Both the position numbers and the translations under genes were made by a program. DNA of 64,000 nt, taken from positions 2,743-66,742 of the forward strand of contig JAKIVF010000001.1 of the NCBI GenBank assembly GCA_021647145.1, read 5' to 3'. Source of the stretch: Methylococcaceae bacterium. GTDB lineage: Bacteria > Pseudomonadota > Gammaproteobacteria > Methylococcales > Methylomonadaceae. The notes under the pieces are model-generated. The model worked only from the letters and a program-made list of their open reading frames with translations. It was not told the DNA's origin and did no database searches. Shown here piece by piece: positions 28,450 through 38,862 of the stretch; within the stretch, counting starts at the first letter, position 1; each line of letters starts with the position of its first letter.

Positions 28450-29757
28450 ATGGCTAAAGATACAGTAACAATAAGGAATAATACTAATGGGAAAGAGGCA
28501 GATTTTTCTTTATTGAGAGGTACGGCTGGAACACCTGCAGTAGATATAGGTTCTTTGCATAAAGAGCTGGGCGCTTTTACTTTTGATCCTGGCTTTATGT
28601 CTACGGCAAGCTGCAAAAGTGCTATTACCTATATTGACGGCGAGAATGGTATTTTGCTTTACCGAGGATATCCTATTGAGCAGTTAGCAAAAAATAGTAC
28701 CTTTTTAGAAGTCGCTTATTTATTAATGAATGGGGAGCTTCCTAGCGAAGTTGAATTATCCTCCTTTAAAGGTGAAATTAGGCAACATTCAATGATACAT
28801 GAAGCATTAAGAGTTTTTTTTAATGGCTTTCATTATGATGCTCACCCAATGTCTATGATGGTAGGGGTGATGGGTTCATTATCTGCTTTTTATCATAGTG
28901 AACTTAATATGAATGACCCTGAACATAGGCGTATTTCAGCCATGCGAATGCTTGCAAAGGTTCCGACCATAGCGGCAGCAAGCCATCGACATTCGGTTGG
29001 TTGGCCATTTATCTATCCTCGATTAGACTTGGGGTATTGTGAAAACTTCATGAATATGATGTTTTCTTTACCAGGACAGCAATATATTGATGAAAATAAT
29101 TATATAGACCCCATAGCTGTTAAAGCTTTAAATTTATTATTTATTTTACATGCTGATCACGAGCAAAATGCGAGTACTTCAACAGTAAGATTAGCGAGTA
29201 GTACAGGGGCTAATCCGTATGCGTGTATGGCGGCAGGAATAGCAGCATTATGGGGGCCAGCACATGGTGGAGCAAATGAAGCTGTGTTAAGCATGTTGGC
29301 GGAAATTGGAACAGTCGACCGAATCCCTTTGTACATTGAAAAAGCTAAAGATAAAAATGACCCTTTTAGACTCATGGGTTTTGGGCACAGGGTATATAAG
29401 AACTTTGACCCAAGAGCAACAATTACACGTGATACTTGTTATGAAGTATTAGAAAAGTTTCCAAGTGATGATCCCCTATTTGAGTTAGCTTTGGCTTTAG
29501 AAGAATTTGCACTGAAAGATGAATACTTTATTGAGAAAAAGCTTTATCCTAATGTAGATTTTTATTCAGGTATTATTTATAAAGCTTTAAAAATACCAGA
29601 AGATATGTTCACCGTTATGTTTGTGATCGCACGAACTGCGGGTTGGGTTTCTCATTGGCTGGAAATGATGGCTGAACCTGGACAGCGTATTGGTCGACCG
29701 AGACAAATTTATACAGGTTATGACACCCGTAACTATGTAGATTTAACTGATAGATAA
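28450..29757 (+). CDS. gltA: citrate synthase (type II)
   Basis: Motifs [25 protein letters not shown] and VDFYSG. Confidence 0.95.
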   Translation: MAKDTVTIRNNTNGKEADFSLLRGTAGTPAVDIGSLHKELGAFTFDPGFMSTASCKSAITYIDGENGILLYRGYPIEQLAKNSTFLEVAYLLMNGELPSEVELSSFKGEIRQHSMIHEALRVFFNGFHYDAHPMSMMVGVMGSLSAFYHSELNMNDPEHRRISAMRMLAKVPTIAAASHRHSVGWPFIYPRLDLGYCENFMNMMFSLPGQQYIDENNYIDPIAVKALNLLFILHADHEQNASTSTVRLASSTGANPYACMAAGIAALWGPAHGGANEAVLSMLAEIGTVDRIPLYIEKAKDKNDPFRLMGFGHRVYKNFDPRATITRDTCYEVLEKFPSDDPLFELALALEEFALKDEYFIEKKLYPNVDFYSGIIYKALKIPEDMFTVMFVIARTAGWVSHWLEMMAEPGQRIGRPRQIYTGYDTRNYVDLTDR

Positions 29758-29872
29758 AAATTACCTAGAGTAATTGTTCTAACAATTTTAGCATTAAAGT
29801 AGGCTAAAAAAAATATGTAAGCTGTTAGAATAATTGTGCTTAGGCCTTGTATCTTTTTGTTTGTTTATTATT

Positions 29873-32263
29873 TTAAAATAAGCTTTCTTCCTCTTCTCCT
29901 CCTGCATCATTGTTCTCTTCTTCGTTATTTCCTTCATAACTATTTATTTCATCTTGCTGGAATGAGAATTCTGTTGGTACTGTCTCATCTAAGAAGAATT
30001 CCCAAATACCAATAGAAGAATCTGTTTGAGCTAGTAGTCCTGTTTTAGGGTCAATGAAAGCTTTAGATATTCCTTTTGGAGCTAATAGGTCATGTTCAGG
30101 TTTGTTTTTTAAAGCAGCTTGCATAAAGTCTATCCAGATAGGGAGTGCTGCCTTCCCCCCTGTTTCACGTCGGCCTAGTGGAGTCGCGGCATCAAAACCT
30201 AGCCAGGCAGTTGCTGAAATACCTGCGCTAAAACCATTAAACCAAGTGTCTCTTTGTTCGTTAGTTGTACCTGTTTTTCCTGCGAGATCATTTCGGTTTA
30301 AGACTTTAGCGCGAGTAGCTGTTCCTCTTTGAACAACATCTCGTAATAAAGAGTTCATAAGAAAATTAATTTGCGGGGAAATAATTCGAGGAGCAACATG
30401 TGGCTCTCCAATATTTTTTTCTTGGCATAAAGGGCAGGCAGTTTTAGGTTCAGCTTGAAATATAATATTGCCTTTATTGTCCTCTATTCGGTCAATAAGA
30501 TAGGGTTTAACTAAAAAACCCCCGTTTTCGAATACAGAGAACATGGTCGCCATTTGTAGTGGAGTTGCATATCCACTGCCAAGAGCTAAGGAAAGACTGT
30601 TTGGTAGTTGGTTTTTAGAAAAGCCAAAGCGTAGCGCAGTTTTGGTTACTTCTTTAATGCCAAGGTCTCTCAATAGGCGAATTGAAACAAGATTTCTTGA
30701 TTTTCGTAAGGCTGTTCTTAGGGGGGTCATACCAAAGAATTTTTTACTGTAATTCTCAGGTCTCCATTCTCCTTCTTGTAAAGGGTCGTCAACCACAATC
30801 GGTGCATCATTTATTAAGCTTGCTGTTGTAAATCCTTGTTCTAGAGCAGTGGTATAGATAATAGGCTTAAAACCAGATCCAGGCTGGCGTTTTGCTTGTG
30901 TAGCACGGTTGTATTTATTATTGAAAAAGTCAAACCCACCCGTTAACGCTAAGATAGCACCATTAGTAGAATTAAGGGCGACAAATGCAGCTTCAACTTT
31001 CGGTATTTGTGATAACTCCCAAGTCTTATCGAATCTTTGTCTAACTTGAATTAAATCATTTAAGTTTAAAATATCTGTAATGGATTTTAAATTTGGCCCT
31101 AGTAAGTCTTGTGTTTTAAATTCTTTTGCCCACCGTATATTATTAAAGGGCAATTCTATTAAGGTGTTATCTTTGAGTTTAGCAATAGCAATATCTTTTT
31201 CTATTTTTATAATCTGGGCTGATTGTGTATCTCCAATAGTAGAAAAATCTGATGTATTGAATTCTTGCTTGTTCTTGTGTGGTAGGGAGTGATAGCCGTG
31301 TCTTTGATCATAGCTATGTAAAGCTGATCTTACTGCTCTTATAGCAGTTAATTGTAAAGAGCTATTAATCGTAGTAAAAACCTTCATTCCATTTGTGTAT
31401 ACCTCTTCTCTTCCGAAGTTCTCAAAAATTTCTTTCCGAGCCATTTCTGAAATATAAGGTGCAAGAGATTTTGATGTTGTCGAATGAATTGAAGAAGAAA
31501 TGGGTTGATTTATAGCATGATCAAAATCTTGTTGTTTAATGTAATTGAGTTCAAGCATACGACGTAAAACATAATTTCTGCGTTGTAAAGCTCTTTCAGG
31601 GTTTGTTATAGGGTTGTAAATAGAAGGTGCTTTGGGTAGACCGGCAAGCATAGCTTGTTGTGAAAGGTCTAGCTCAGATAAATCCTTGCCATAATATGTT
31701 GAAGAGGCAGCGGCTATTCCATAAGCACGATGTCCTAAAAAAATCTTGTTTAAATAGAGTTCCAGAATTTTGTTTTTTGAATATTTCTTTTCTATTTTTA
31801 GGGCTAAGATTATTTCCTTAATTTTTCGTAAGTAGGTCTTTTCCCTGCTTAGTAGGAAATTTCGGGTAACTTGCATTGTTATTGTGCTGCCGCCTTGTTT
31901 TTTCTTGCCAGTTAGGATCAACTGAATAGCTGCACGTATTAACCCTTTATAATCAACACCTGGGTGGGAATAGAAATTACCATCCTCTGCTGCAAGAAAG
32001 GCATTAATTAATTGCTGAGGGACATCATCAATAGTGATAGGAATTCTTTTTTTTTCTCCAAATTGTGCTAATAAAACCTCATCACTACTATAAATCTTTA
32101 AGGGTACTTTATATTCAATTGCTTTGAGTTGTTCAATGTCAGGGAGTTCATCTTGTAACTTATTAAAAAAATAAACCCCAACTACTGCTATACAAAGAGA
32201 AGCCGTGGTGAAAAGGAAAAAAGTCCACTTTAAAACCTTAAACAAAAAATGATAAATAGTCAC
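29873..32263 (-). CDS. mrcA: penicillin-binding protein 1A (bifunctional transglycosylase/transpeptidase)
   Basis: The GT51 motifs are EDGNFYSHPGVD and GGSTITMQV. The transpeptidase motifs are SGFKP, SRN and KTGTT. It is divergent from pilM, the common arrangement. Confidence 0.92.
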   Translation of the reverse strand: MTIYHFLFKVLKWTFFLFTTASLCIAVVGVYFFNKLQDELPDIEQLKAIEYKVPLKIYSSDEVLLAQFGEKKRIPITIDDVPQQLINAFLAAEDGNFYSHPGVDYKGLIRAAIQLILTGKKKQGGSTITMQVTRNFLLSREKTYLRKIKEIILALKIEKKYSKNKILELYLNKIFLGHRAYGIAAASSTYYGKDLSELDLSQQAMLAGLPKAPSIYNPITNPERALQRRNYVLRRMLELNYIKQQDFDHAINQPISSSIHSTTSKSLAPYISEMARKEIFENFGREEVYTNGMKVFTTINSSLQLTAIRAVRSALHSYDQRHGYHSLPHKNKQEFNTSDFSTIGDTQSAQIIKIEKDIAIAKLKDNTLIELPFNNIRWAKEFKTQDLLGPNLKSITDILNLNDLIQVRQRFDKTWELSQIPKVEAAFVALNSTNGAILALTGGFDFFNNKYNRATQAKRQPGSGFKPIIYTTALEQGFTTASLINDAPIVVDDPLQEGEWRPENYSKKFFGMTPLRTALRKSRNLVSIRLLRDLGIKEVTKTALRFGFSKNQLPNSLSLALGSGYATPLQMATMFSVFENGGFLVKPYLIDRIEDNKGNIIFQAEPKTACPLCQEKNIGEPHVAPRIISPQINFLMNSLLRDVVQRGTATRAKVLNRNDLAGKTGTTNEQRDTWFNGFSAGISATAWLGFDAATPLGRRETGGKAALPIWIDFMQAALKNKPEHDLLAPKGISKAFIDPKTGLLAQTDSSIGIWEFFLDETVPTEFSFQQDEINSYEGNNEEENNDAGGEEEESLF

Positions 32264-32748
32264 AATGATTTATTGGAAAGAGAAGAAAAAACTTTAAAAA
32301 GATCTCTTTTATAAATAAATGATTTGAAAGGCATTAGATAAATTGGTTGTGTCTAAAAATGGTTAGATTGTACTTCATTATAGTAGCTATTGATAGGGAC
32401 GCGTTGTTTAATAAAAAATAGAGTTATAGGCTACTTTTAAATAATTTGGGAAAAATAAAAACACCGCCCTTAATGCCATTTTTTTTCACTATATCTATTT
32501 AATAACCTTTTTTTAATGGCTAAGTTATAAACTAATTAAAATAATATTATTATATTAAGTAATTGAAATATAAATATATTTGTTTTAATTTCGGGTAAAT
32601 TTTGTTCATTTAATGTAAAAATTTAAAAGACTACTATACTTTGGAACTAAAGTAACTTTGATTGTTATAAATTAATTAAATTGACATTAAAAAACGTGAT
32701 GCAAGTAAATAGTTATTTAAGTTTTTATATTATTAAAAGGGTTCATCA

Positions 32749-33810
32749 ATGAACTGGTTGAAAAGAGGGCAATCTGCAGTGCTTGGTGTTGATATAAGTA
32801 CTGCTGCCATTAAATTATTAGAATTGAGCTGGTCAGGGTCTAGGTATAAAGTAGAAAGTTACGCTGTTTCTCCTTTACCTTTAGATGCGGTGGTTGATAA
32901 AAGTATCACCGATGTTGATGTGATTGCAAATGCAATTAAAGCCGCTGTTAAGCAGTCTGGAACTAAAACAAAAAAGGCTTGTGTTGCAGTTGCAGGATCA
33001 TCAGTGATGACTAAAATTATTTCAATGCCTGCAACGTTAAGTGAAGATGAGATGGAAGATCAGATCCTTGTTGAGGCTGATCAATATGTCCCTTATTCCT
33101 TAGATGAGGTTAATCTTGATTTTGAAGTACAAGGTATCACTGAAAATGACCCTGAAATGGTTGATGTTTTGTTAGCAGCTTCCAGGCGTGAAAATGTTGA
33201 GGATAGAGTTGAGGCGTTAGCCAAAGCAGGGCTGGAAGCATCAATCGTTGATGTTGAAGCTTTTGCTATGGAAAATGCATTTTCAGTATTTTCAGAACAA
33301 TTAGCTGAAGCATCTAGCGAGCAGGCTGTGGCAATAATGGATATTGGGGCAACCATGTCTACATTAAATATTGTTCACAATAACCGAACAGTCTATACAA
33401 GAGAACAAAGTTTCGGTGGTAAGCAACTGACTGAAGAAATTCAACGTCGATATGGCTTATCGTTTGAAGAAGCAGGACTAGCAAAAAAGCATGGCGGCTT
33501 GCCAGACAACTATGGAGTTGATGTATTAGACCCCTTTAAAAAAGCAGTCATTCAACAAATCTCACGGTCATTACAATTTTTTACCTCTTCAAATGTTAAT
33601 GAAAAGGTTAGTAGTCTTGTTCTGGCTGGAGGTTGCGCGTCAATAGCTGGAATGGATAAATTAGTAGAGCAGGATTTAGGTATTCCAGTTTATATCGCAA
33701 ATCCCTTTATCAATATGGCGTTATCTAATAAGGTAAAACCACAAAGTTTAAGTAATGATGCTCCTTCAATGATGATTGCATGTGGACTGGCATTAAGGAG
33801 TTTTGATTAA
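32749..33810 (+). CDS. pilM: type IV pilus assembly protein PilM
   Basis: Actin-like ATPase fold with LGVDISTAAIKLLEL and MDIGATMSTLNIV. It is the first gene of a pilMNOPQ cluster. Confidence 0.92.
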   Translation: MNWLKRGQSAVLGVDISTAAIKLLELSWSGSRYKVESYAVSPLPLDAVVDKSITDVDVIANAIKAAVKQSGTKTKKACVAVAGSSVMTKIISMPATLSEDEMEDQILVEADQYVPYSLDEVNLDFEVQGITENDPEMVDVLLAASRRENVEDRVEALAKAGLEASIVDVEAFAMENAFSVFSEQLAEASSEQAVAIMDIGATMSTLNIVHNNRTVYTREQSFGGKQLTEEIQRRYGLSFEEAGLAKKHGGLPDNYGVDVLDPFKKAVIQQISRSLQFFTSSNVNEKVSSLVLAGGCASIAGMDKLVEQDLGIPVYIANPFINMALSNKVKPQSLSNDAPSMMIACGLALRSFD

Positions 33811-34382
33811 TGGCAAAAATAAATTTACTTCCATGGCGTGATGAACTTCGCCAACAGAAACAACAAGATTTTATCGCAAAATTAGGTTTGGTTGTTGTTA
33901 TGACTTGTTTAATTTTTTCTTTGGGATATTTTTACATTGAAAGTATGAAAAGTCATCAACAAAGGCGAAATAAAATCATTGAAACCGAGATTGAGATAGT
34001 TGATAAAAAAATCAAAGAGATTAAAGATATTGAGACAAAAAAGAGCCAATTATTAATAAAAATTGATGTTATTAAAGAGTTACAGGAAAGTCGTCCACAA
34101 ATAGTTCATTTATTTGATGAGTTATCTACAAGCACACCGGAAGGCATTTTTCTAACAAAATTTGTTCAGACGGGTAAAAATCTTGCCTTAACGGGTAGTG
34201 CTTTATCAAATGCTAGAGTCTCTGCTTATATGCGAAGTATTGATAAGTCTTTATGGCTTGAAGCTCCGGAATTAAAAGAAATTCAGGGGAGAAATCAAGC
34301 AAAAAATGACCGGTACAATAAATTTTCTATGCTTGCCAAGCAAAAAGGATCGGAGCCGAATAAACAGGGTGGTAAAAAATGA
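33810..34382 (+). CDS. pilN: type IV pilus assembly protein PilN
   Basis: INLLPWR motif, a single TM segment and a TAATG overlap with pilM. Confidence 0.85.
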   Translation: MAKINLLPWRDELRQQKQQDFIAKLGLVVVMTCLIFSLGYFYIESMKSHQQRRNKIIETEIEIVDKKIKEIKDIETKKSQLLIKIDVIKELQESRPQIVHLFDELSTSTPEGIFLTKFVQTGKNLALTGSALSNARVSAYMRSIDKSLWLEAPELKEIQGRNQAKNDRYNKFSMLAKQKGSEPNKQGGKK

Positions 34383-35002
34383 TAAATTTATCAGAAGTTA
34401 ATTGGGATTTTAATGCGGCAGGCTCATGGCCTTTGCCGATAAAAATAGCAACATTTGTCTTGGTATCTATTTTAGTTGGGTCAGCAGGGGTTTATTACAT
34501 AACACTTGACCAACTCAACGAACTGGAACAATTTGAGAAAAAAGAGACTGAATTAAAAGCTTCATTTGAAAACAAACAAAAGAAAGCGATTAACTTATCA
34601 GATTATCGGGAACAACTGACTCAAATTGAAGCATCCTTGGGAGAAATGATTAAGCAAATGCCTACTCAGGCAGAGGTAGCAAATTTATTAATTGATATTT
34701 CTCAGACTGGATTAGCAAGTGGTTTAGAATTTCGACTTTTTAAGCCGGCAGCGACAATTCGAAAAGATTTTTACTCCGAGTTACCTATCAATATAAAAGT
34801 GATTGGTCGATATGAGGAGATAGGGCTTTTTGTTAGCGGATTAGCATCATTACCACGAATAGTAACGGTACATAACGTTAACATTTCTCCTGTTGGAAAG
34901 ACAATAGATAAAAACTCTTTGTTGGCTATGAACGCAATTATCAAAACTTATAATGAAGAGTTAGATAGCGGTAAGAAAGCGAAAAAAAATAGGCGGAAAT
35001 AA
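34379..35002 (+). CDS. pilO: type IV pilus assembly protein PilO
   Basis: Position in the cluster, TM plus coiled coil plus ferredoxin-like C-terminus, and an ATGA overlap with pilN. Confidence 0.85.
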   Translation: MINLSEVNWDFNAAGSWPLPIKIATFVLVSILVGSAGVYYITLDQLNELEQFEKKETELKASFENKQKKAINLSDYREQLTQIEASLGEMIKQMPTQAEVANLLIDISQTGLASGLEFRLFKPAATIRKDFYSELPINIKVIGRYEEIGLFVSGLASLPRIVTVHNVNISPVGKTIDKNSLLAMNAIIKTYNEELDSGKKAKKNRRK

Positions 35003-35565
35003 TGATGAGCTTAACTGAAAAAATAGGGTTTCATAATAAAATAAAAGTAAGGCATCTTGGTTTTAGTGCTGTAGTCTTATGCTTATCTGGTTGTATTAAT
35101 GACGATGTTAGTGATTTAAGCCAGTATGTTAAACAAGTTAAGGCTAGGCCAAAAGGAACGATTCAAGCATTACCAGAGATAAAAGTAGTTGAGCCGTTTA
35201 TTTTTAATCCTGATGGATTAAGGGATCCTTTTAGACAGGTAGAAAAAATAAAGGAAGAAAAGTCGGCTGATATTTCCTCTAGTACAGGGATTGCGCCAGA
35301 CACATCAAGAAGGAAAGAAGAATTAGAATCCTACCCTTTAGATACGTTACAGATGGTAGGAACATTAACAATGGAAGAAAGACTATGGGGGCTGATTAAG
35401 GCCAGTGATGGAACAATACACCGAGTTCAAAGAGGAAACCATATGGGGACAAATTATGGCGAAATTATTCGAATTTTAGGTGGAAAAATAGAGTTAATGG
35501 AAATTGTTCCTGATAAAACAGGTTCTTGGGTTGAGCAGCAAGCTTCATTACAACTGGCTGAGTGA
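35002..35565 (+). CDS. pilP: type IV pilus assembly lipoprotein PilP
   Basis: Lipobox LSGC, position in the cluster and a TAATG overlap with pilO. Confidence 0.8.
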   Translation: MMSLTEKIGFHNKIKVRHLGFSAVVLCLSGCINDDVSDLSQYVKQVKARPKGTIQALPEIKVVEPFIFNPDGLRDPFRQVEKIKEEKSADISSSTGIAPDTSRRKEELESYPLDTLQMVGTLTMEERLWGLIKASDGTIHRVQRGNHMGTNYGEIIRILGGKIELMEIVPDKTGSWVEQQASLQLAE

Positions 35566-37988
35566 TTAAGGGTTACATGATGAGTATGAAAAATAATAGA
35601 ACAATGAAAGTACAAGGACTTCGCCATTGTGGTGGAGTTGCAGCAGGGCTATTTATATTGATGGCACAAGCTCCTTCCGTAATAGCAGAAAATACAGCCA
35701 TTACGGAATTAACTTCCATATCAAATTTAAATGTATGGGTTGAAGATAAAGCGATTACAGATGTGAGCTTTTCTTCCCTGTCAGGTGATAAGGTTCAAAT
35801 TGAGCTGGCTTTAAATGGAGCAGTTGATGCACCCAAGGTTTTTCAAACGAATAACCCAGCAAGAATTTCTCTAGATTTTGCAGATATACATAGCAATTTA
35901 GATAAAAAAATGTTTAAGGTTAATCAAGGAGCTGTTAAAGCAGTTCATGTCGTTGAGGCTGTGGGTAGGACACGAGTCGTTATTAACCTTGCAGAAACGG
36001 CCTCTTATGATTTAGATGTTGTCGACAATAAGGTTAAGGTTGTTTTGGAACCATTGGCTTCAGTAGGTTCTGAATATAATTTGAAGTCTCCAAAATTAAA
36101 GAAAAAAGCAAAGCCAGATCTTTTAATGAAGAAAGAAAATTCTAAAGGGTCAAAAAATGGTGCAAAGTCACTTAGCTTGAAGAATAAAGCAAAGCTTAGA
36201 AAATCAAATTTATTTCCTGAACAAGCTATTAAAAATATTGATTTTCGTAGAGGACCAAAAGGTGCAGGGCGCTTGCTTATAAATCTTTCATCTACTAATA
36301 CAATCGTTGATATGAAAGAGCAGGGTGGAAAAGTTATTTTAAATTTTCTAAATACTAAACTACCCGAAAGACTAGCAAAAAGCTATGATGTATCCGATTT
36401 TGCAACACCGGTACAATCAATAGATGCACAAGCCAAAGGGAATGGGGTGTCGTTAACAGTCTCTTTAGGTGGAGGTCATTATGATTACTCATCTTATCAG
36501 TCTGATGGTATGTTGGCAGTAGATTTTATACCGCTGTCAATGGCTGAAAAGAAAGCCATGTTAAAAAGTAAGTTTCCTTATTCAGGTAAAAAATTAACCT
36601 TTAATTTTCAGGATATTGAAGTAAGGTCTGTTTTACAAATCCTTGCTGACTTTACTGGACTCAATATTGTTGCAGCAGATACGGTGGGCGGAAATGTAAG
36701 TTTACGTTTAAATGATGTGCCTTGGGATCAAGCTTTGGATTTAATCCTTAAGTCTAAAGGTTTAGCAAAAAGAGAAATGGGAAATGTTGTTTTGGTTGCG
36801 CCTTCAAAAGAAATAACCAAGATTGAGAAAGAAGAGTTAGAAGCTAAAAAAGTAATACAACAGCTAGAACCATTAAAAACTGAATATTTACAAATTAACT
36901 ATGCAAAAGCAGAAGATATTTTACAATTATTAACTGGATCAAATGTTGTGAAATCAGTGACTCAACTGAATAAATCTAGTTCAGGCTCAGGTTCAAACTC
37001 AGGATTGTCAGGTGGTTTTGGAGGTTTTAGTGGGAATAATTCAAGTTCAAGAGGATCAAGATCAACTGAATCTTCTGAAATGCAAGGCATGTTATCTGCG
37101 CGAGGAAGCGCAACGGTTGATGGCAGAACTAATACTATTATCGTCAAGGAAACTGCAAAACAGCTTGAAGATATTGCAGATATGATCAAAATTCTGGATG
37201 TACCGGTCAGACAAGTTATGATTGAAGCAAGAATAGTGACGGCAGATACAAGCTTTGCTCAGGAAATTGGGGTCAGGTTTGGTATAGCTAAAGCGGCTCA
37301 AATTGGTTCTGGTAAAGTATTTGCCATGGGTGCCGGACAAAACACATTTGGTGAATTAGTGCCAGATTCTAATGGCTCTAATGTTACAGTCCCTGACGGA
37401 GCTGGTTATCTGGTAGACTTAGGCGCAAATGCAATAGCAGGGCATCCTGTCGGAGCGTTGGGGATGACATTGGCTAGAGCTGCGGATTATGTGCTAAATT
37501 TGGAATTATCTGCATTAGAAAACAATAATAGAGGAGAGATACTAGCAAATCCTCGAGTAATGACATCTGATAGAGAAATTGCTTATATCAAACAAGGTAT
37601 TCAAATACCTTATACTACTGTTAGCCAGGATGGTACACAAACAGAATTGATTGATGCGGTATTAGAATTAAATGTTACACCGCAGATTACACCTGATGGT
37701 GATGTGATAATGGATTTATTAATTAAAAAAGATTCGCCTGACGTAGCTACTGGTGGTATTGATAAAAGAGAAATTGATACAATGGTTCGTGTAAGAGATG
37801 GAGAAACTATTGTGTTAGGAGGTGTTTATGAGGGAAGCTCAGGGAATGATGTATATAAAGTGCCTTTTCTTGCCGATTTGCCAGGAGTAGGGTTTTTATT
37901 TCAAAAGAAAATCGAAAGTGACAGAAAAAAGGAGTTGTTGATTTTCATAACACCTAAAATAGTAAAAAATACCTTATCGACTAGATGA
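35562..37988 (+). CDS. pilQ: type IV pilus secretin PilQ
   Basis: It has AMIN-like N-terminal repeats and a secretin C-domain (VPFLADLPGVGFLFQ, ELLIFITPKIV). Alternative ATG starts lie a few codons downstream of the GTG at 35562. Confidence 0.9.
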   Translation: MIKGYMMSMKNNRTMKVQGLRHCGGVAAGLFILMAQAPSVIAENTAITELTSISNLNVWVEDKAITDVSFSSLSGDKVQIELALNGAVDAPKVFQTNNPARISLDFADIHSNLDKKMFKVNQGAVKAVHVVEAVGRTRVVINLAETASYDLDVVDNKVKVVLEPLASVGSEYNLKSPKLKKKAKPDLLMKKENSKGSKNGAKSLSLKNKAKLRKSNLFPEQAIKNIDFRRGPKGAGRLLINLSSTNTIVDMKEQGGKVILNFLNTKLPERLAKSYDVSDFATPVQSIDAQAKGNGVSLTVSLGGGHYDYSSYQSDGMLAVDFIPLSMAEKKAMLKSKFPYSGKKLTFNFQDIEVRSVLQILADFTGLNIVAADTVGGNVSLRLNDVPWDQALDLILKSKGLAKREMGNVVLVAPSKEITKIEKEELEAKKVIQQLEPLKTEYLQINYAKAEDILQLLTGSNVVKSVTQLNKSSSGSGSNSGLSGGFGGFSGNNSSSRGSRSTESSEMQGMLSARGSATVDGRTNTIIVKETAKQLEDIADMIKILDVPVRQVMIEARIVTADTSFAQEIGVRFGIAKAAQIGSGKVFAMGAGQNTFGELVPDSNGSNVTVPDGAGYLVDLGANAIAGHPVGALGMTLARAADYVLNLELSALENNNRGEILANPRVMTSDREIAYIKQGIQIPYTTVSQDGTQTELIDAVLELNVTPQITPDGDVIMDLLIKKDSPDVATGGIDKREIDTMVRVRDGETIVLGGVYEGSSGNDVYKVPFLADLPGVGFLFQKKIESDRKKELLIFITPKIVKNTLSTR

Positions 37989-38016
37989 TAAAAGATAACG
38001 TATAATAAGTAAAAGA

Positions 38017-38042
38017 GGGGGGGCTTGATGCCCCCTTTTTTA
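38017..38042 (+). terminator. intrinsic terminator after pilQ
   Basis: Stem GGGGGC (38019-38024) / GCCCCC (38030-38035) with the 5-nt loop TTGAT, followed by a T-run starting at 38036 and preceded by an A-run. Confidence 0.75.
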
Positions 38043-38331
38043 TTGGTTTAGAATAGTGTTTTAATAGGCTGGTCTTAAGTAAATAGGATAGAATCCTAAT
38101 TGGGCGTGATTAAAAGAGAAGAAAATAAAAACAGTATAGGTTAGGCGGCCGTTTCTTTGACAACCCAACATTTTTTCTAATCATCGAATTATACTCACTC
38201 TTATGGGTGAGGAGAGAAAAATGGATTAAAATTGTTCCTAATCATAGAGATAAACATACTTATCTATCAACTGACTTATTTTGGTTGAACAATAATTATT
38301 AATAAACATAGCGTCCAATTGAGGTTTTAGG

Positions 38332-38856
38332 ATGGGGAAACAAGCAGAAAATATTTATTTGATTGGCCTGATGGGAGCCGGTAAGACTACCATTGGTAGG
38401 CAATTGGCTACATCACTACAATTACCTTTTTATGATAGTGATAAAGCAATAGAAGAACAGACAGGTGTAGATATTCCAACAATATTTGAATATGAGGGTG
38501 AAGAAGGTTTTAGAATTCGTGAACGAAATATGCTTCAAGAGCTTACACAAATAGATGGAATAGTCTTGGCTACTGGAGGTGGAGCTATTTTGAGCGAAGA
38601 AAACCGTAAGGCTTTAAAAGATAACGGCTTTATTGTATATTTACAATGTTCGGTTGATAAAATATTACAAAGAACCAAAAGAGACAATCAACGGCCTTTG
38701 CTTAAAACCACAGACCCAAGAGAACGTATTGAGGCATTATTTGCCGAAAGGGAAGGTTATTATCTAAGTTGTGCAGATTTTACAATAGAAACAAGTGTCA
38801 TGCAGAGTAAAGCGGTAGTACAAAATATTTTGAATGAATATAATGGAACTCATTAA
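38332..38856 (+). CDS. aroK: shikimate kinase
   Basis: P-loop IYLIGLMGAGKTTIGRQLA. The aroK-aroB order is conserved. Confidence 0.93.
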   Translation: MGKQAENIYLIGLMGAGKTTIGRQLATSLQLPFYDSDKAIEEQTGVDIPTIFEYEGEEGFRIRERNMLQELTQIDGIVLATGGGAILSEENRKALKDNGFIVYLQCSVDKILQRTKRDNQRPLLKTTDPRERIEALFAEREGYYLSCADFTIETSVMQSKAVVQNILNEYNGTH

Positions 38857-38862
38857 CTGGGT

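Noticed and set aside
29771-29831. AATTGTTCTAACAATT palindrome and complementary TGTTAGAA downstream of gltA
   Set aside because: These are short AT-rich complementarities between convergent genes, most simply weak terminator structures. Nothing further supports them.
38177-38248. Direct repeat CTAATCATCGA / CTAATCATAGA in the pilQ-aroK spacer as a regulator site
   Set aside because: It is only an 11-nt, 10/11 match in AT-rich DNA, so it could be chance. I mention it under the pilQ finding but do not call it a feature.
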